A stretch of 46,233 bases of DNA from Reclinomonas americana ATCC 50394 (lineage: Eukaryota). Made by a program: the position numbers and the translations under genes. Below, piece by piece: positions 1 through 12,600 of the stretch; the first letter of the stretch is position 1; every line of letters starts with the position of its first letter. The stretch is taken from NCBI GenBank assembly GCA_048213135.1, contig PS015536.1, positions 8,294 to 54,526 on the forward strand. Direction: 5' to 3'. The notes below the pieces were generated by a model. That model saw nothing but the letters and a program-made list of their open reading frames with translations. It searched no databases and was not told where the DNA came from.

Positions 1-223
1 CGCCCAGCGAGCGAGCAGCACGCCGCGACATGGCATACTCTCTCTCTCTCCCCCCTCTCTCCCTCTTCCTCTCTCTCTCCACACGACATGCAAGCAAGAC
101 GCAACGTTGTAGTACACGGCGGCTGTGCATCGAGAGAGAGAGAGAGCGAGCGTGTGAGCAACAGCTGCAGCAGCAGCAGGACATGGTCTGGCATGTTCGT
201 TGTTTTTCTCCCCCCGCACTCAC

Positions 224-446
224 CCACATCGTCGTACTTCTCAATCGCCTTGCCGGTGGTGAGGGCATCGTCGACCTGCGAGATATCGCGATCGGTGTTG
301 GCGATGAAGCGGTTGCGCGAGCGGAAGACCGAGCCGCGGCTGATGAGCAGGTACGAGAGAGCCAGCAGGGGGAGCGCCACAATGGCGAACCACCACGAGG
401 TGACGAGGCAGGCAACGGACGAGAGACCGGGAAGAGTGAGGATCAT
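224..446 (-). CDS. Probable exon of a membrane-anchored protein; the gene runs off the window start
   Basis: Minus-strand frame MILTLPGLSSVACLVTSWWFAIVALPLLALSYLLISRGSVFRSRNRFIANTDRDISQVDDALTTGKAIEKYDDV has a hydrophobic N-terminal segment and ends at donor G|GTGAGT (223). No family recognised. Confidence 0.4.
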
Positions 447-1511
447 TGCGGAGGGGCTCCGGCGAAAAAATAACGTGCGTGAGAAGATTTCGGAGGACAT
501 GCAGGGGACATGCCGCTGGAGATGGCTTGGATGGCGTCTGCAGCGAGGGCGCATGTGCGGCGAGGTGTGTGACCATTCAACTCGACGATGACGCTGAAAA
601 AGTCAACGTCGAGGAAAGAATTCGACCGACACGCTGCACGCTGCTGCGCGATGCCGGCTCTCCATCGGCAAAAGCACATAGCTGGGATCCCTCACCCGTC
701 CTTTGCCTTCTACAACTGCGTGCTCGACCTCTCCGGGCAACGTCGAGCGGGGCGCTTTCAGACGAGCGCCATGTGCACATTCACATCACGCACCCACCTA
801 CACCACGCCCACCTTCTCTCGCGCCGCCCCAGCGCCGCCACGCCCGCCGCACTTGGATCTGGGCACGATTGCACCTTGTGCCGAGCTCCGAGTCACGCGC
901 CACGGTGCAAACACAGCATTGAACGATGCGACGAAATATCTCGTGATTGCGATCAAGCCCACAAGCGGCGACCGAGTGCGCGACAGTATAAGAGGTGGCG
1001 CGGCACATTATTGAAACCTATTGAAGCGATTATACTCGCAAGGATCTAATGATTAGGCGAGTTGTTCCTTCTGTGTTTCTCTAAAGAGACACTTTCCTCA
1101 GCCCCGACGATGATAGTCGCCTCCCACTTACCTGCATGAGGTCTGCTGACACCCGTTCCTTATGGAGCGTGGTGCTCAGCAACGAGGATTGCACGCACTG
1201 TCGTAACTGACTGGTGTGAGGTGGTGAGGGTGACTGAGGGGCCGGGGATCTTTTTTTGTGGATTATGAAAGCGAAAGAAAATTGTGTAAGGGATGGAGCT
1301 TAGTCGTCGCGTCGAGTTCACACTCGAAACCCGTCAACTGTACGCTGTCACATCTTTGTTCTGTTTGAGCACGCGAGAAGCCGACACGCCACTCTTCTCC
1401 ACAAATCCTGTCATCGTCAGAGGCCGTGTTGGCGTGTTTTTGCTGAATTCTGGCGTCGCGCGAGAGAGAGTCAACAACACCACAACCACCACCACCACCA
1501 CCACCACCACC

Positions 1512-1757
1512 ATGTTCTACCAGAGTGAGGCGGAAAAGGACAGGCGGATGCGCGGCAAGTCACGCCGTCGCACAAGGGCGTCATCACCACCGCCACGACG
1601 CTTGGGGAACGCCAGCGGTGGCTTCTGCACGTACTGCTCACCGACGCTCGCCATCCGACTGTGCGATCGGGACCACATCAGGGGCATTGTGCGCGAAGCT
1701 GTGCGCGAGCGACGAAGTGAGGAGGCAGAGGCGAGCGTACGCAGCGGAAGTCAGTGA
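1512..1757 (+). CDS. Possible small basic protein (81 aa) with a CxxC motif
   Basis: ATG follows a (CAC)n run ending CACCATG. The Arg-rich ORF MFYQSEAEKDRRMRGKSRRR...FCTYCSPT... ends 37 bp from the convergent RBR stop. No homology recognised. Confidence 0.3.
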   Translation: MFYQSEAEKDRRMRGKSRRRTRASSPPPRRLGNASGGFCTYCSPTLAIRLCDRDHIRGIVREAVRERRSEEAEASVRSGSQ

Positions 1758-1794
1758 GACGAAATGTACTGCTGCTACACTCAGCGCAGCCGTT

Positions 1795-4215
1795 TCATGA
1801 CACCAGCAACATGATCGCTTCCACCATGTCGCCACCCGTACTTCGCAGCGCCCCCAGCACCTCCTCCCGGCTGCGCAGCGTCTGCTCCATGACCACTCGT
1901 ACATCTGCACCAAGCAGTCAGCACCAAACAGAGACAAAGACAACACGGCTGCGACGATCACGGCACGGAACCAGCTTCGGGAAATTCAACGTCGTCACCA
2001 ACAGCAGGGACAGCAGCACCCGCTGGGGCTGGTGGCAAGCCTGCTTCCTGTGCATCCAAAATGGCCGCCATGGCCTCCATAATGTCACCCGAGTGCTCTC
2101 GTAGTGCGCGCGCCGCCGTGGCTCTGTCGCACCCGACCTGCTCGCAGATCAAGTCGATTTCTACAAGACTTGTGCTGTGAGAGAAACTCAACCGACAGTG
2201 CCGACGCACCACACAAACCTTGTCCGTCTACCTCCTCCGCCGAATCCCCACTTTCGTCATCCGAGCTGTCCACCGCTGGAGCACCTGCAGCCACATGCAC
2301 ATCGGGCGCACCCACCACTCTTGCGGGCATCGGGTTCGCCAACAGCGCTTGCATGGCACCAATCACGTCACCGTCGTGCGCCTGCAGCGTGCGAATCGCC
2401 GTGTCGCGATCACACTTGCAGGTTTCACACACGGCGGCCACCACTGCGACGACACTCTCCATCAGCGACAGGCCGATCAACACCAGCGATGGTACTCACC
2501 CGCCGCGTCGTACTCGTCCACCCCACTCCCACTGCCACTGCCACTTCCACTGTGAGCACGGCGTCAGTGCACGGGAAGGGTCGAACGCACATATCTGCCC
2601 CTGTTCCCCCATCCACACACCCGCCAAGTGTTTGCCGCGGCGCCACCGGGCACGGTGTGTTGTAGGTGCCGCAGAGCCACCCAATCTCTTTGGATTTGAC
2701 CGACAGGCATCGCATGCAGTACTCGGACCCGCATCCCACACAACTCATGTGCTTGCATCCGCCATCGTGATCTGCAGCCACCAGCAACCGTGTGTGAGCT
2801 TCCTTACCACTCCATCACCGGCGGTGCTGCGCACAGACCTTGTACTCGTTGACACGACGGGCAGGCACGCATGCGCGGCACCTTCTGGTCAGTCGGACCC
2901 TCGAATGGCCAGATGAGCTGTGCACGCACACGATTCTCATCAGCGAGCCCAACAGCGCACGGTACCAAAAAGTCGTACACGCACCACTTCTTCGCACGTC
3001 TCCAGCAGCGAGGCTGGCGCATCGCAGTCGGCGTTGCCACACGACACAGTACCGCGCCACGGCTTGCCACACTCGAGACAGAAGCGCATACCACACACAC
3101 AGGTCGCATCCTTCATCGACTCGTCGTCTGGCATGCAGAACAGCGAACACTGGCATACAAAATCAGTCGTTGCGTGCGAGACACCAGATGACACGCAGGT
3201 GCACACAACTTTCGGGCATCGCTTCGTCTTCAGGCCCAAAAAATACTGCGTGAGCATGGTCAGGTACTTGTCCACCACGCAGGCGAGTTTCTCCGAGTCG
3301 CGGCAGGCATGCGAAATCACAGTGTCGGGGATTTCTGCAACACAGCAGCACATCAGTGGATGTGAGAGGGAAGGAGGCACTTGGTCCACTCACCAGTGCG
3401 ACAGCTTCGCTCGTAGCACAAGAGCGGCTTTGTCTGATTCTGCGCCACGTGCGACTCGACAATGTCCATGACGCTGAGGTGTGTGCACACAGAAAAAAAT
3501 GAGTGAGCCTGTCTGTCTCTTCAGCGGACACACAAACAAGTCGCGAGAACACCGCACCACTTGCGACAAACGTGATGTGTGCACGCAAGTCGGTATCCCT
3601 CCGTCCAGGTTGTGTCGGTGCAGTTGAAGCAAGCCTTGCCGGCGCTCTCCACATACTCTGGCGGCACCATCGGTGCAAAGAAGCTGACCTCGCCCACTGG
3701 TGATGGCGACGGCGGTGCAAAGTGCGGCAGAGGCGATGGCGACGCGCCCGCTCCCGGGCTCTCGAACCGCCGACGCAGTTCGGCCACATTCTGCTGTCGT
3801 CGCTCCTGCAGCTGTGCGCGGGCCAAGGCATCAGCGGCCGGATCGACGGCGGCGTCGCGTGATACCGACAGCAATTGCTGGTGCACGAGGCTCACTCGAC
3901 TGCCGGCCACTGGCGAGGGTACTGTTTCCCCCGCCATCTGCGGTGGTGCGCTGGGTGCCGGTGGAGAGGAGAAGAACTGTTGTGCACGCTGCACGACACT
4001 CAGTCTGCTTCCTGCCGATGCATCTCCAGCTGCTGCGGGTGCAGGAGGTGGAGGAGGAGGTGTTGTCGCGGTGGTCACTGCGGGTGGCGGAGGTGACGAC
4101 GAAGGCGGAGGAACGAGCAGTGGAGCCGTCTGGAAGGGCCGACTGAAGGCAGCCGATGTGGGTGCTGGTCCACTGCCAGATGCACCACCAGCCGCTCCGG
4201 GAATTCCCCTTGGCA
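1795..4215 (-). CDS. RBR (RING1-IBR-RING2) E3 ubiquitin ligase with three C-terminal NAC/HYPK-type UBA-like repeats; 5' end lost in gap
   Basis: Spliced frame gives RING1 CFNC..LACTHHVCRKC..LLC...C, IBR KRCPKCS...CVCGMRFCLEC, and RING2 CPSCQRVQDHDGGCKHMSCVGCGSEYCMRCL. Three repeats of type V..VCE...CDR..A..AL....GD...A...L follow. Stop TGA at 1797-1795. Confidence 0.8.
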
Positions 4216-4264
4216 CTGCGCACACGGACCCCAAACGCGTAAGCAGCGGATGCGGAGAAGAAGA

Positions 4265-4295
<31 letters not shown>

Positions 4296-4298
4296 TCT

Positions 4299-4334
<36 letters not shown>
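4265..4334. repeat. Compound (CT)n-(CA)n microsatellite abutting an assembly gap
   Basis: Direct read of the sequence. Confidence 0.95.
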
Positions 4335-4340
4335 ACTACC

Positions 4341-5115
4341 NNNNNNNNNNNNNNNNNNNNNNNNNNNNNNNNNNNNNNNNNNNNNNNNNNNNNNNNNNNN
4401 NNNNNNNNNNNNNNNNNNNNNNNNNNNNNNNNNNNNNNNNNNNNNNNNNNNNNNNNNNNNNNNNNNNNNNNNNNNNNNNNNNNNNNNNNNNNNNNNNNNN
4501 NNNNNNNNNNNNNNNNNNNNNNNNNNNNNNNNNNNNNNNNNNNNNNNNNNNNNNNNNNNNNNNNNNNNNNNNNNNNNNNNNNNNNNNNNNNNNNNNNNNN
4601 NNNNNNNNNNNNNNNNNNNNNNNNNNNNNNNNNNNNNNNNNNNNNNNNNNNNNNNNNNNNNNNNNNNNNNNNNNNNNNNNNNNNNNNNNNNNNNNNNNNN
4701 NNNNNNNNNNNNNNNNNNNNNNNNNNNNNNNNNNNNNNNNNNNNNNNNNNNNNNNNNNNNNNNNNNNNNNNNNNNNNNNNNNNNNNNNNNNNNNNNNNNN
4801 NNNNNNNNNNNNNNNNNNNNNNNNNNNNNNNNNNNNNNNNNNNNNNNNNNNNNNNNNNNNNNNNNNNNNNNNNNNNNNNNNNNNNNNNNNNNNNNNNNNN
4901 NNNNNNNNNNNNNNNNNNNNNNNNNNNNNNNNNNNNNNNNNNNNNNNNNNNNNNNNNNNNNNNNNNNNNNNNNNNNNNNNNNNNNNNNNNNNNNNNNNNN
5001 NNNNNNNNNNNNNNNNNNNNNNNNNNNNNNNNNNNNNNNNNNNNNNNNNNNNNNNNNNNNNNNNNNNNNNNNNNNNNNNNNNNNNNNNNNNNNNNNNNNN
5101 NNNNNNNNNNNNNNN
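4341..5115. other. Assembly gap (N run)
   Basis: Ns. Confidence 1.
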
Positions 5116-5135
5116 TACCGTCGACCCTCCGTTCG

Positions 5136-5176
<41 letters not shown>

Positions 5177-5446
5177 GTGTGTGCGTGAATTCCCCCACGT
5201 CTTTGTCGCTAACCTTGATCCTGTACGCAGTGCGAGAACAACGAGTCGTTCGCGACGAGGAATTCTACGATGGTGACGACGATCAGGATCACGACTTCCT
5301 CGATCGTATCTGATGTATTCTCTGTAAACGATGACCGACGCATGTTATGTTGAGTGGGTTGGGGGAGGGGATGGAGGGGAAATGACTGGACACCAACACG
5401 CGATCGATCTGTGAATCGAACCATCATTATTGTCAGACCACGAAAC

Positions 5447-5608
5447 ATGGAGAAAAAGCCATGTTTCATGCACCTCCGCAAGGCCGGTGGCTGCAAGCGC
5501 GGCGATGCATGTCCGTTCGTCCACGCTACCACCTGGGCCGATGTGCCAGCCTGCACCAACGGCGATGCATGTCGAGTGGTTGACTGCCCATTCCGTCATC
5601 GGAAGGAT

Positions 5609-5609
<1 letters not shown>
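5447..5609 (+). CDS. Exon of a tandem CCCH zinc-finger protein (partial; rest in gaps)
   Basis: MEKKPCFMHLRKAGGCKRGDACPFVH-ATTWADVPA-CTNGDACRVVDCPFRH contains two C-C-C-H fingers and ends at donor G|GTGTGT. Confidence 0.65.
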
Positions 5610-5643
<34 letters not shown>

Positions 5644-5644
5644 C

Positions 5645-5675
<31 letters not shown>
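5610..5675. repeat. Compound (GT)n-(GA)n microsatellite at an intron start, abutting a gap
   Basis: Direct read. Confidence 0.95.
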
Positions 5676-5677
5676 TT

Positions 5678-6356
5678 NNNNNNNNNNNNNNNNNNNNNNN
5701 NNNNNNNNNNNNNNNNNNNNNNNNNNNNNNNNNNNNNNNNNNNNNNNNNNNNNNNNNNNNNNNNNNNNNNNNNNNNNNNNNNNNNNNNNNNNNNNNNNNN
5801 NNNNNNNNNNNNNNNNNNNNNNNNNNNNNNNNNNNNNNNNNNNNNNNNNNNNNNNNNNNNNNNNNNNNNNNNNNNNNNNNNNNNNNNNNNNNNNNNNNNN
5901 NNNNNNNNNNNNNNNNNNNNNNNNNNNNNNNNNNNNNNNNNNNNNNNNNNNNNNNNNNNNNNNNNNNNNNNNNNNNNNNNNNNNNNNNNNNNNNNNNNNN
6001 NNNNNNNNNNNNNNNNNNNNNNNNNNNNNNNNNNNNNNNNNNNNNNNNNNNNNNNNNNNNNNNNNNNNNNNNNNNNNNNNNNNNNNNNNNNNNNNNNNNN
6101 NNNNNNNNNNNNNNNNNNNNNNNNNNNNNNNNNNNNNNNNNNNNNNNNNNNNNNNNNNNNNNNNNNNNNNNNNNNNNNNNNNNNNNNNNNNNNNNNNNNN
6201 NNNNNNNNNNNNNNNNNNNNNNNNNNNNNNNNNNNNNNNNNNNNNNNNNNNNNNNNNNNNNNNNNNNNNNNNNNNNNNNNNNNNNNNNNNNNNNNNNNNN
6301 NNNNNNNNNNNNNNNNNNNNNNNNNNNNNNNNNNNNNNNNNNNNNNNNNNNNNNNN
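5678..6356. other. Assembly gap (N run)
   Basis: Ns. Confidence 1.
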
Positions 6357-6412
6357 TTCGCTCGCCAGCGTGAGCACGTATCCATGCAAGCACGGAAGAC
6401 AAACACACATAC

Positions 6413-8120
6413 CATCCGAGATCTCCTGGCCCAACAACACGGCTGTCTCGTAGGTCCAGCAACGCGCCACATTGCGTATCGTGTAGCCGCCACCGCCGAG
6501 CACCAACAGCGGCACGTTGAACGACTTCATAAACTCGACGCAGTCGGCGTGGCCGCGTAGCGACAAGTTGAAGCAGCCGAGGCGATCACCCGTCAGCGAG
6601 TCCGCACCACATTGCAGCACGACGGCGCCCGGCTGGTAAAAGTCCATTACACGTTGCATGACCTGCGTGCGGTAGGAAGGCGTGAGATGGGGAAAGAGGA
6701 GAAAAAAGAAACGAGGGGAGAGGGTTCACGCACCGGCCGGAAAATGTTCTCGTAGCTAAAGTCGTCGATGCCGTCCTTCAGCGGGAAGTTGAGCGAGTAG
6801 TACTTGCCGACGCCGGCACCAATGTCGCGAATGTCGCCCGTGCCGGGGAAGTAGTCGCCAAATTTGTGGAACGACACCGTCATCACGCGGTCGGTGGTGT
6901 AGAACGCCTCCTCCACGCCATCGCCGTGGTGAATGTCAATGTCGATGTACAGCACACGCGCATGCACCCTGTGCACACACACACACACAAAAGAGAGAGA
7001 AAGGTCAGCCAGGCAGAATTAAAAAGAGAGAGAGAGAAAGAAAACACGCAAGGACGCAACTTGAGCAGCTCCAAGATGCCAAGCACAATGTCGTTGACGT
7101 AGCAGAAACCCGACGCCTCGGCCTTCTTGGCATGGTGCAAGCCACCGGCCCAGTTGATGGCAATCTGCAATGACGTGCATTGTCAGAAGAGGAGGCGCAA
7201 AAGGGGTGCGTAATGCAAGGTGGAACGCACATCAGACTGGCCCGTGTTGAGCTTGACCGCACCGGCCACCGAGCCGCCAGCACAAATCTGGCAAAACTCG
7301 TACAGGCCGTCAAAGACTGGGCAATCGTCGCCCACATTGACTGCGGAGGAGGCGGTGAAGGTGAGGGAGAGGATAAGAGAGGGAGGGAGAGAAGAAAAAC
7401 GAGGGGACGCAACAGAGGCTGAGTTGCCGCGAAAAGTCCTGCATGTTCTCGGGCGAGATTCGCCGCAAGAAGTCAATGTAGTCGTCCGTGTGGAACTTGG
7501 TGAGCTCTTGCTCCGTCGACAAGTGTGGTCTCTGCAGGCGAGTGAAGGCGACAGTGAGAGCGTGAAAAGAGGGAAAAGAAAGCATGCGCAAAGCAATGGT
7601 TTGGTGAAAAACGCAACATACACCGACATCTTCTTGTACAGGCCGTAGTTGAGGACGAGGTTGTGTGTCATCTTAATGCGGTGCGGCTTCATCGGATGGC
7701 CTTGGCCATAGTAAAAGTTGCCAATCGCGGCTGCAGGGGAAAAAAAAAGGCGGACACTTTAGCATGGAGCAAAAAAACAAACACAAACAAAAAGAGGCGG
7801 TGCAAGGAGAGAGGGCAGAGCAGGGTAAAAGGACACAAAAGTGACGCGGCAAGAGTGACAGAAAGTTTGCGCGCGCGCGCGCGCGGGATAAAACGAATAA
7901 ACAAAAAATGTCTTTTTCCTCCGCCCGCTGCAGGCATCACGCACCCCCACCACGCACGACACACACGCACACAAACAGAAAAGCGAGAGGAAAAAACACA
8001 GACAAAAAAGTGCCCGACATTTCACCATGGCAAACACACAAACACAAACACAAAACAAATGCAAACACATCACACACTGACGCAACAATCGTAAAAGTAC
8101 GATATCCGCGGCTTGGACAT
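6413..8120 (-). CDS. HDAC1: Class I histone deacetylase (RPD3/HDAC1-type); 3' end in gap
   Basis: Spliced frame: [34 protein letters not shown]...[12 protein letters not shown]...[23 protein letters not shown]...[17 protein letters not shown]...[17 protein letters not shown]...[15 protein letters not shown]. Seven exons visible. Confidence 0.97.
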
Positions 8121-8383
8121 CTTTCACGCGAAAGAGGGGGAAAAAGACACACGCACACGAGGCGGTCTTCGCTCCGACAACAACAGCAGGGTCCGATATG
8201 AATCGGAATGTTGGCGCCGGCGAAAGAGACGGGTGGATTGCAATTGGCACAAAGACAACTCAGACGCCACAGCCGAGCGCGTCTGCGTGTGTGTGACGAG
8301 AAGGTAGGCGAGCCAGCAGCAAAAAAGCGCGTGTTTTACTTTTGTTTTTCCTCACTTTCTTGTCGCGCATTTCCCGCCCGAAG
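8121..8383. promoter_or_regulatory. Probable bidirectional promoter, HDAC/PAN2 (263 bp between ATGs)
   Basis: Head-to-head starts at 8120 (-) and 8384 (+); inferred from geometry only. Confidence 0.5.
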
Positions 8384-9599
8384 ATGGCCTCGATTCCAGA
8401 GTTCATTCCCATGGCGCATCGGCTGCGACAACAGCAACAACAACAGCAGCAACAGCAACAACAACAAGCGCAGTTCACTGAGACGGGTGATGAAGGCGAC
8501 TTTGAGGAAGATGAGGGCGAGGAATACTATGATGATGATGATGAGGGCTACTATGAGGATGAAGACGATGGTCAGTGCTTCTGTCTCTTGCTGTGTGTGC
8601 CTCTCTCACTCGCTCACTGATCAATGCGCACAGTTCATTCTGCTGCGGTGCGACGACTTGCTCTCTCTTGTCTCTTTCTGCGTGCACAGTGCTCACACTC
8701 CTCCTCACTGACAGGCGTTCCACCCTCGCTCACTGATGATGAGTGCTAGCATGGAGGCTGGTGCTGGTGGATCTACTGGTGCTGCCGCTGCTGCTGCGGC
8801 GGCGGCGGCCAGTGGCAGTGGCGACTGGATGGACACGCATCACGTGTGCTGGAATGGAGGCGATGGAGCGGGAGTGTCGGCAGTGCTGATGGATCCGGCG
8901 CGTGAGGTGGTGTGGACCGGCACAGAGACGGTGAATAGCTCGCCTCTCCCCCTCTCCACTGGGGTGCTCTCTGCTCGCTCACAGTGGTGTTGCTGTAGGG
9001 CCGAGTGGCGGCGTTCTCGTATCCAGACATGGAACCGCTGGTGGCGTTCCCCACGCAAATGCCCGTGTCGGCGCTGGGGCCTCTGGGAAAGGCCAGTGAA
9101 CAGGGACCGGTGGTGCAGTCGGTGCAGCGATTGTTGTCGCTGGAGAACGAACGGCTGCTGTGCTTGACGTCGGTCGCCCTGCGTGTGTTTGACATTGGCG
9201 GAGCTCCGGTGCTCTCGTGTCGGTGCGCGGCATCGTCCCTCGACCTCCTCTCCGTGCTTTCCTCTCACCTTCCCGCGTCTGCAGACAAGACCGATTCACC
9301 GATCTGCTCTCTGCCTCGCTGTCGGTCACCAAGAAGCACGCCTACGTTGGTGGCAACATGCGATCGCTGTTCGTCGTGGACTTGGAGCTCGGTCGCCTGT
9401 TCACCGAGACGTCGGTGTCCAGTGGTGTGAGCGCACTCTTCACCTCGCCTGGGTCGCTGTGCTACGGCACGACCTCTGGCGAAGTTTGTCTGTGTGATCC
9501 GCGCTCCTTGCGGCTGGCGCAAAACATCAAGGCGCACTCGGCAGTCACTGATGTCGCCGTGCAAGACAACCTGGTCGCCTCGTGCGGATTCATGGAGCG

Positions 9600-9669
<70 letters not shown>

Positions 9670-12600
9670 CGCCGTCGATGCTCGCTGCGACTGTGCGCTC
9701 ACCGTACGTGTTGGTGTCGGCGCGTAGCAGATACGGCGAATTGTACCCCGACCCCTTCGTCAAGCTGTTCGACACGCGCATGAACGCACTCGTGTCGCAA
9801 ATCTCGGTGACTGGCGGCAGCATGGCGCTTCGCTTTGTTCCCAACCAGGTTCCGCGGGCATCACCTTTTTCGCACCACCTCCTCCTCCTTCTCCCCCTCA
9901 TTTTTCTCATGTGTTGTGCAGCGGCGACACTTGGCGGTGGCGTCGCCGTCGGGAGTGATTGAGTTCCGCGACATTAGCACACCGTCCAACATGCTGTACA
10001 TGTCGCTGAGCATGATCAACGCTCAACCACAATCGCTGCTCTCGTTTGACTTGTCGTCGACTGGCGAGTGCATCGCCGCTGGCGATCGCTACGGCGACTT
10101 GCATTCCGTGTCGCGCGTCATTGACTCCACGCTCAATTCGCGAGTCGAGTACTTTGACTTGTTGCCGGAGCCGCCGACTTTCGAATCAGTGGCGGTGCCG
10201 TTTGAGGCCGTGTTGCGTCCCACATCGTTGACGGTGGCTGCTCTTATTATTTGGTTGCTCATGCTGCTCCCCCGCCACCCGCAGTCCCGTGTTTGCTGCT
10301 CCTGCGCCGGCCTCTGGTCGCTACGCCTCTGAATGGCCGACAGACTTGTGCTCGGTTGGCGCTCGCCCGCCCGTCATCAAGTCCTCCATTCAGCAGTCGC
10401 TGCGTGTCACCGGATTCGTCGGTGCCATTTCGAATCCGGGTATCCGTTGCCACGAGCAGGCGTACGTCAAAGTGCGTGGCAAGGCGCGCAAGAAAATCAC
10501 ACTGCAGAGCATCGACGCCAAGGTGAGCCCCACAATCTCGCTTTCTCTCTCGCTGAGAATCTAACGACTCACTTGTTGCGTCTCCACATGCAGGGCTCGC
10601 CCTTCCGAGCCATCACGGATGATCTCACGGAAAAGGCGCAACGGGAACGCATCCCCAAGATCTACCTGCGCGTGGAGAAGAAGCAGTCGGCGGTTTCGTG
10701 GGAGGAGTTCGACTTCAAGTTGCGCAGCGATGCGCCTTTGTGTTGCTTTCTGTTGCCGGTGCCACTCACACGCGCCTCACAGAAAGTACAACAAGACTCG
10801 CTTCTGCGGTCTGGAGAATGACTTGCCGAACTGCTACGTCAATCCGCTCCTGCAAGTGCTGTACTTTACGCCGCGCTACCGCGATTTCGCCATGCAATAC
10901 CTGTCCAACGATCGGCAGTTCTGCTTGGCCAGCGAGTCTGGTTTCCTGTTCCGTTTCGTGGCTCCCGCGACGCAGAGCGCCTTCTCCACCCCCCCTCCTC
11001 CTCTCCCTCACACGCACAGCTTCCGCAGACATGATGAAGCACTTCAAGGGCGGCACTGCGCAAGCCAAGAACTTTTTGCGCGTCTTCCGTCAGATCCCGC
11101 AAGGTGTGCATGTCGTTGTTCACACGCGCCCCTTCCTCCTCCTCTTCTAACAACGACGTGCAGCTGCCGCTCTCGGTCTGTTTGACGACATGGTGCAGGC
11201 GACACACTCGAGCGAGGAACTCGAAGGCTCCGGCGGCAAGATCCAGAAAATGATGCGCTTCACTCTGGAGCACCTCAATCGCCTCCTCACCGAGGACTTG
11301 GAGGAGCAGGCCGCGAATCAGGCCTTCATCATGAGCCACATGTCGCGACCGCGCAATGCCCGTGGTCGTCAGGCTGCGGCCAGCAGCGAGGGTGGAAGCG
11401 GCTCGGAGGTGAGTTGGCGGTTGTTCGCTCTCTCCCCCTACTCTCGCACTCGCAAATGTCCCGCGTTGATTCTTGTGCGCTTAGTCGGCGTCGTCGGCTG
11501 CACAGTCCCCGTCGACCACTGTGATTGAGGACATTTGGGGCTCGATGATCTCCACCATCAATGTGTGCGTGCATTGCCGCACGCGGCACGTGCGCCAAGA
11601 TCGCTCCTTCTGTCTCGACCTGGCGCTGCCGGAGGACTCGTCGCCAGGCTCGCTGTTTGGCCTGCTGGCCTCGTCTTTCCGTCGCGAAACCAAAACCAAG
11701 GCCTGGTGCAGCAAGTGCTGCGGCTACCAGCTGACGCAGCAGAAGAAGACTGTCACCGACCTGCCGAATTCAATCATCTTTAACTGCGGGCCTGTGAGCG
11801 AGGTTTGTGTGGTGCACGAAATGCGATGAGAGTATTCGAGGATTCATATCCCCTCCGCTCATCCACTCCTTTTTTTGTTTGTAGAAACTCATGACCAACA
11901 GCCTGAATTTGACGGAGGAAGGGCGCAAGATGCCGCCGCGCTTCTTTGTGGACATGTCAAAAGCAGAGGAGGACGGACCAACTGTGGTGGAGAATGTGGA
12001 CTTGTTTGACGATCGTTCACGCTTTGTACAGTACGAGTTGTATGTTGCGTGCATGTCGCAAGCTGCTACCGCTTTGTGTATCATGCTGCTGCTGAGCTCT
12101 GGTATCCTTATGCAGGCCTTGATCGTTGACATTCGCCCACCCGACGACGACGAGGGTCACTTGGCTGCTCTCATCAAGGGTGCGTCGGCAGCACGTCCCC
12201 ATCCCATCCCGTCTCGTGATCGTCAAACATTTCCTTCTCTTCTGCACAGTGCCTCGGTCGTACTTTGAGGATGCGCAGTCGGTGGCGTCGCCAACACCAA
12301 AGAGTCCCACCGAAGTGATGGCGTCGGGACGCGATCGTGAGTGGTTCCTGTTCAACGACTTTCTCATTTTCCCGGAAGACGAGGCGACGGCCATCAACTT
12401 TGCCCCGTTCTGGAAGGTAGCTGCACTGACGCTTTTCTCTGCTTCGATGCTCGGTGATTCTCACAAACATTGTGTGGCGTGATAGTTCCCGTGCATTATG
12501 CTGTATGCACGCGAGGGCTTCCTGGACGAGCCGACACCGTACCGCGGTCGTTTGCACTTGTCCGAGGCCGTGTTCCGTGATCAGGGATTGTCACGGTGAG

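Noticed and set aside
4265-5675. (CT)n(CA)n and (TG)n(AG)n as terminal inverted repeats of a mobile element
   Set aside because: These are simple microsatellites inside introns of oppositely oriented genes. There is no transposase or TSD.
3579-6659. Long ORFs in the ORF track spanning N runs (also 20347-23017)
   Set aside because: Artefacts of translating gaps as X
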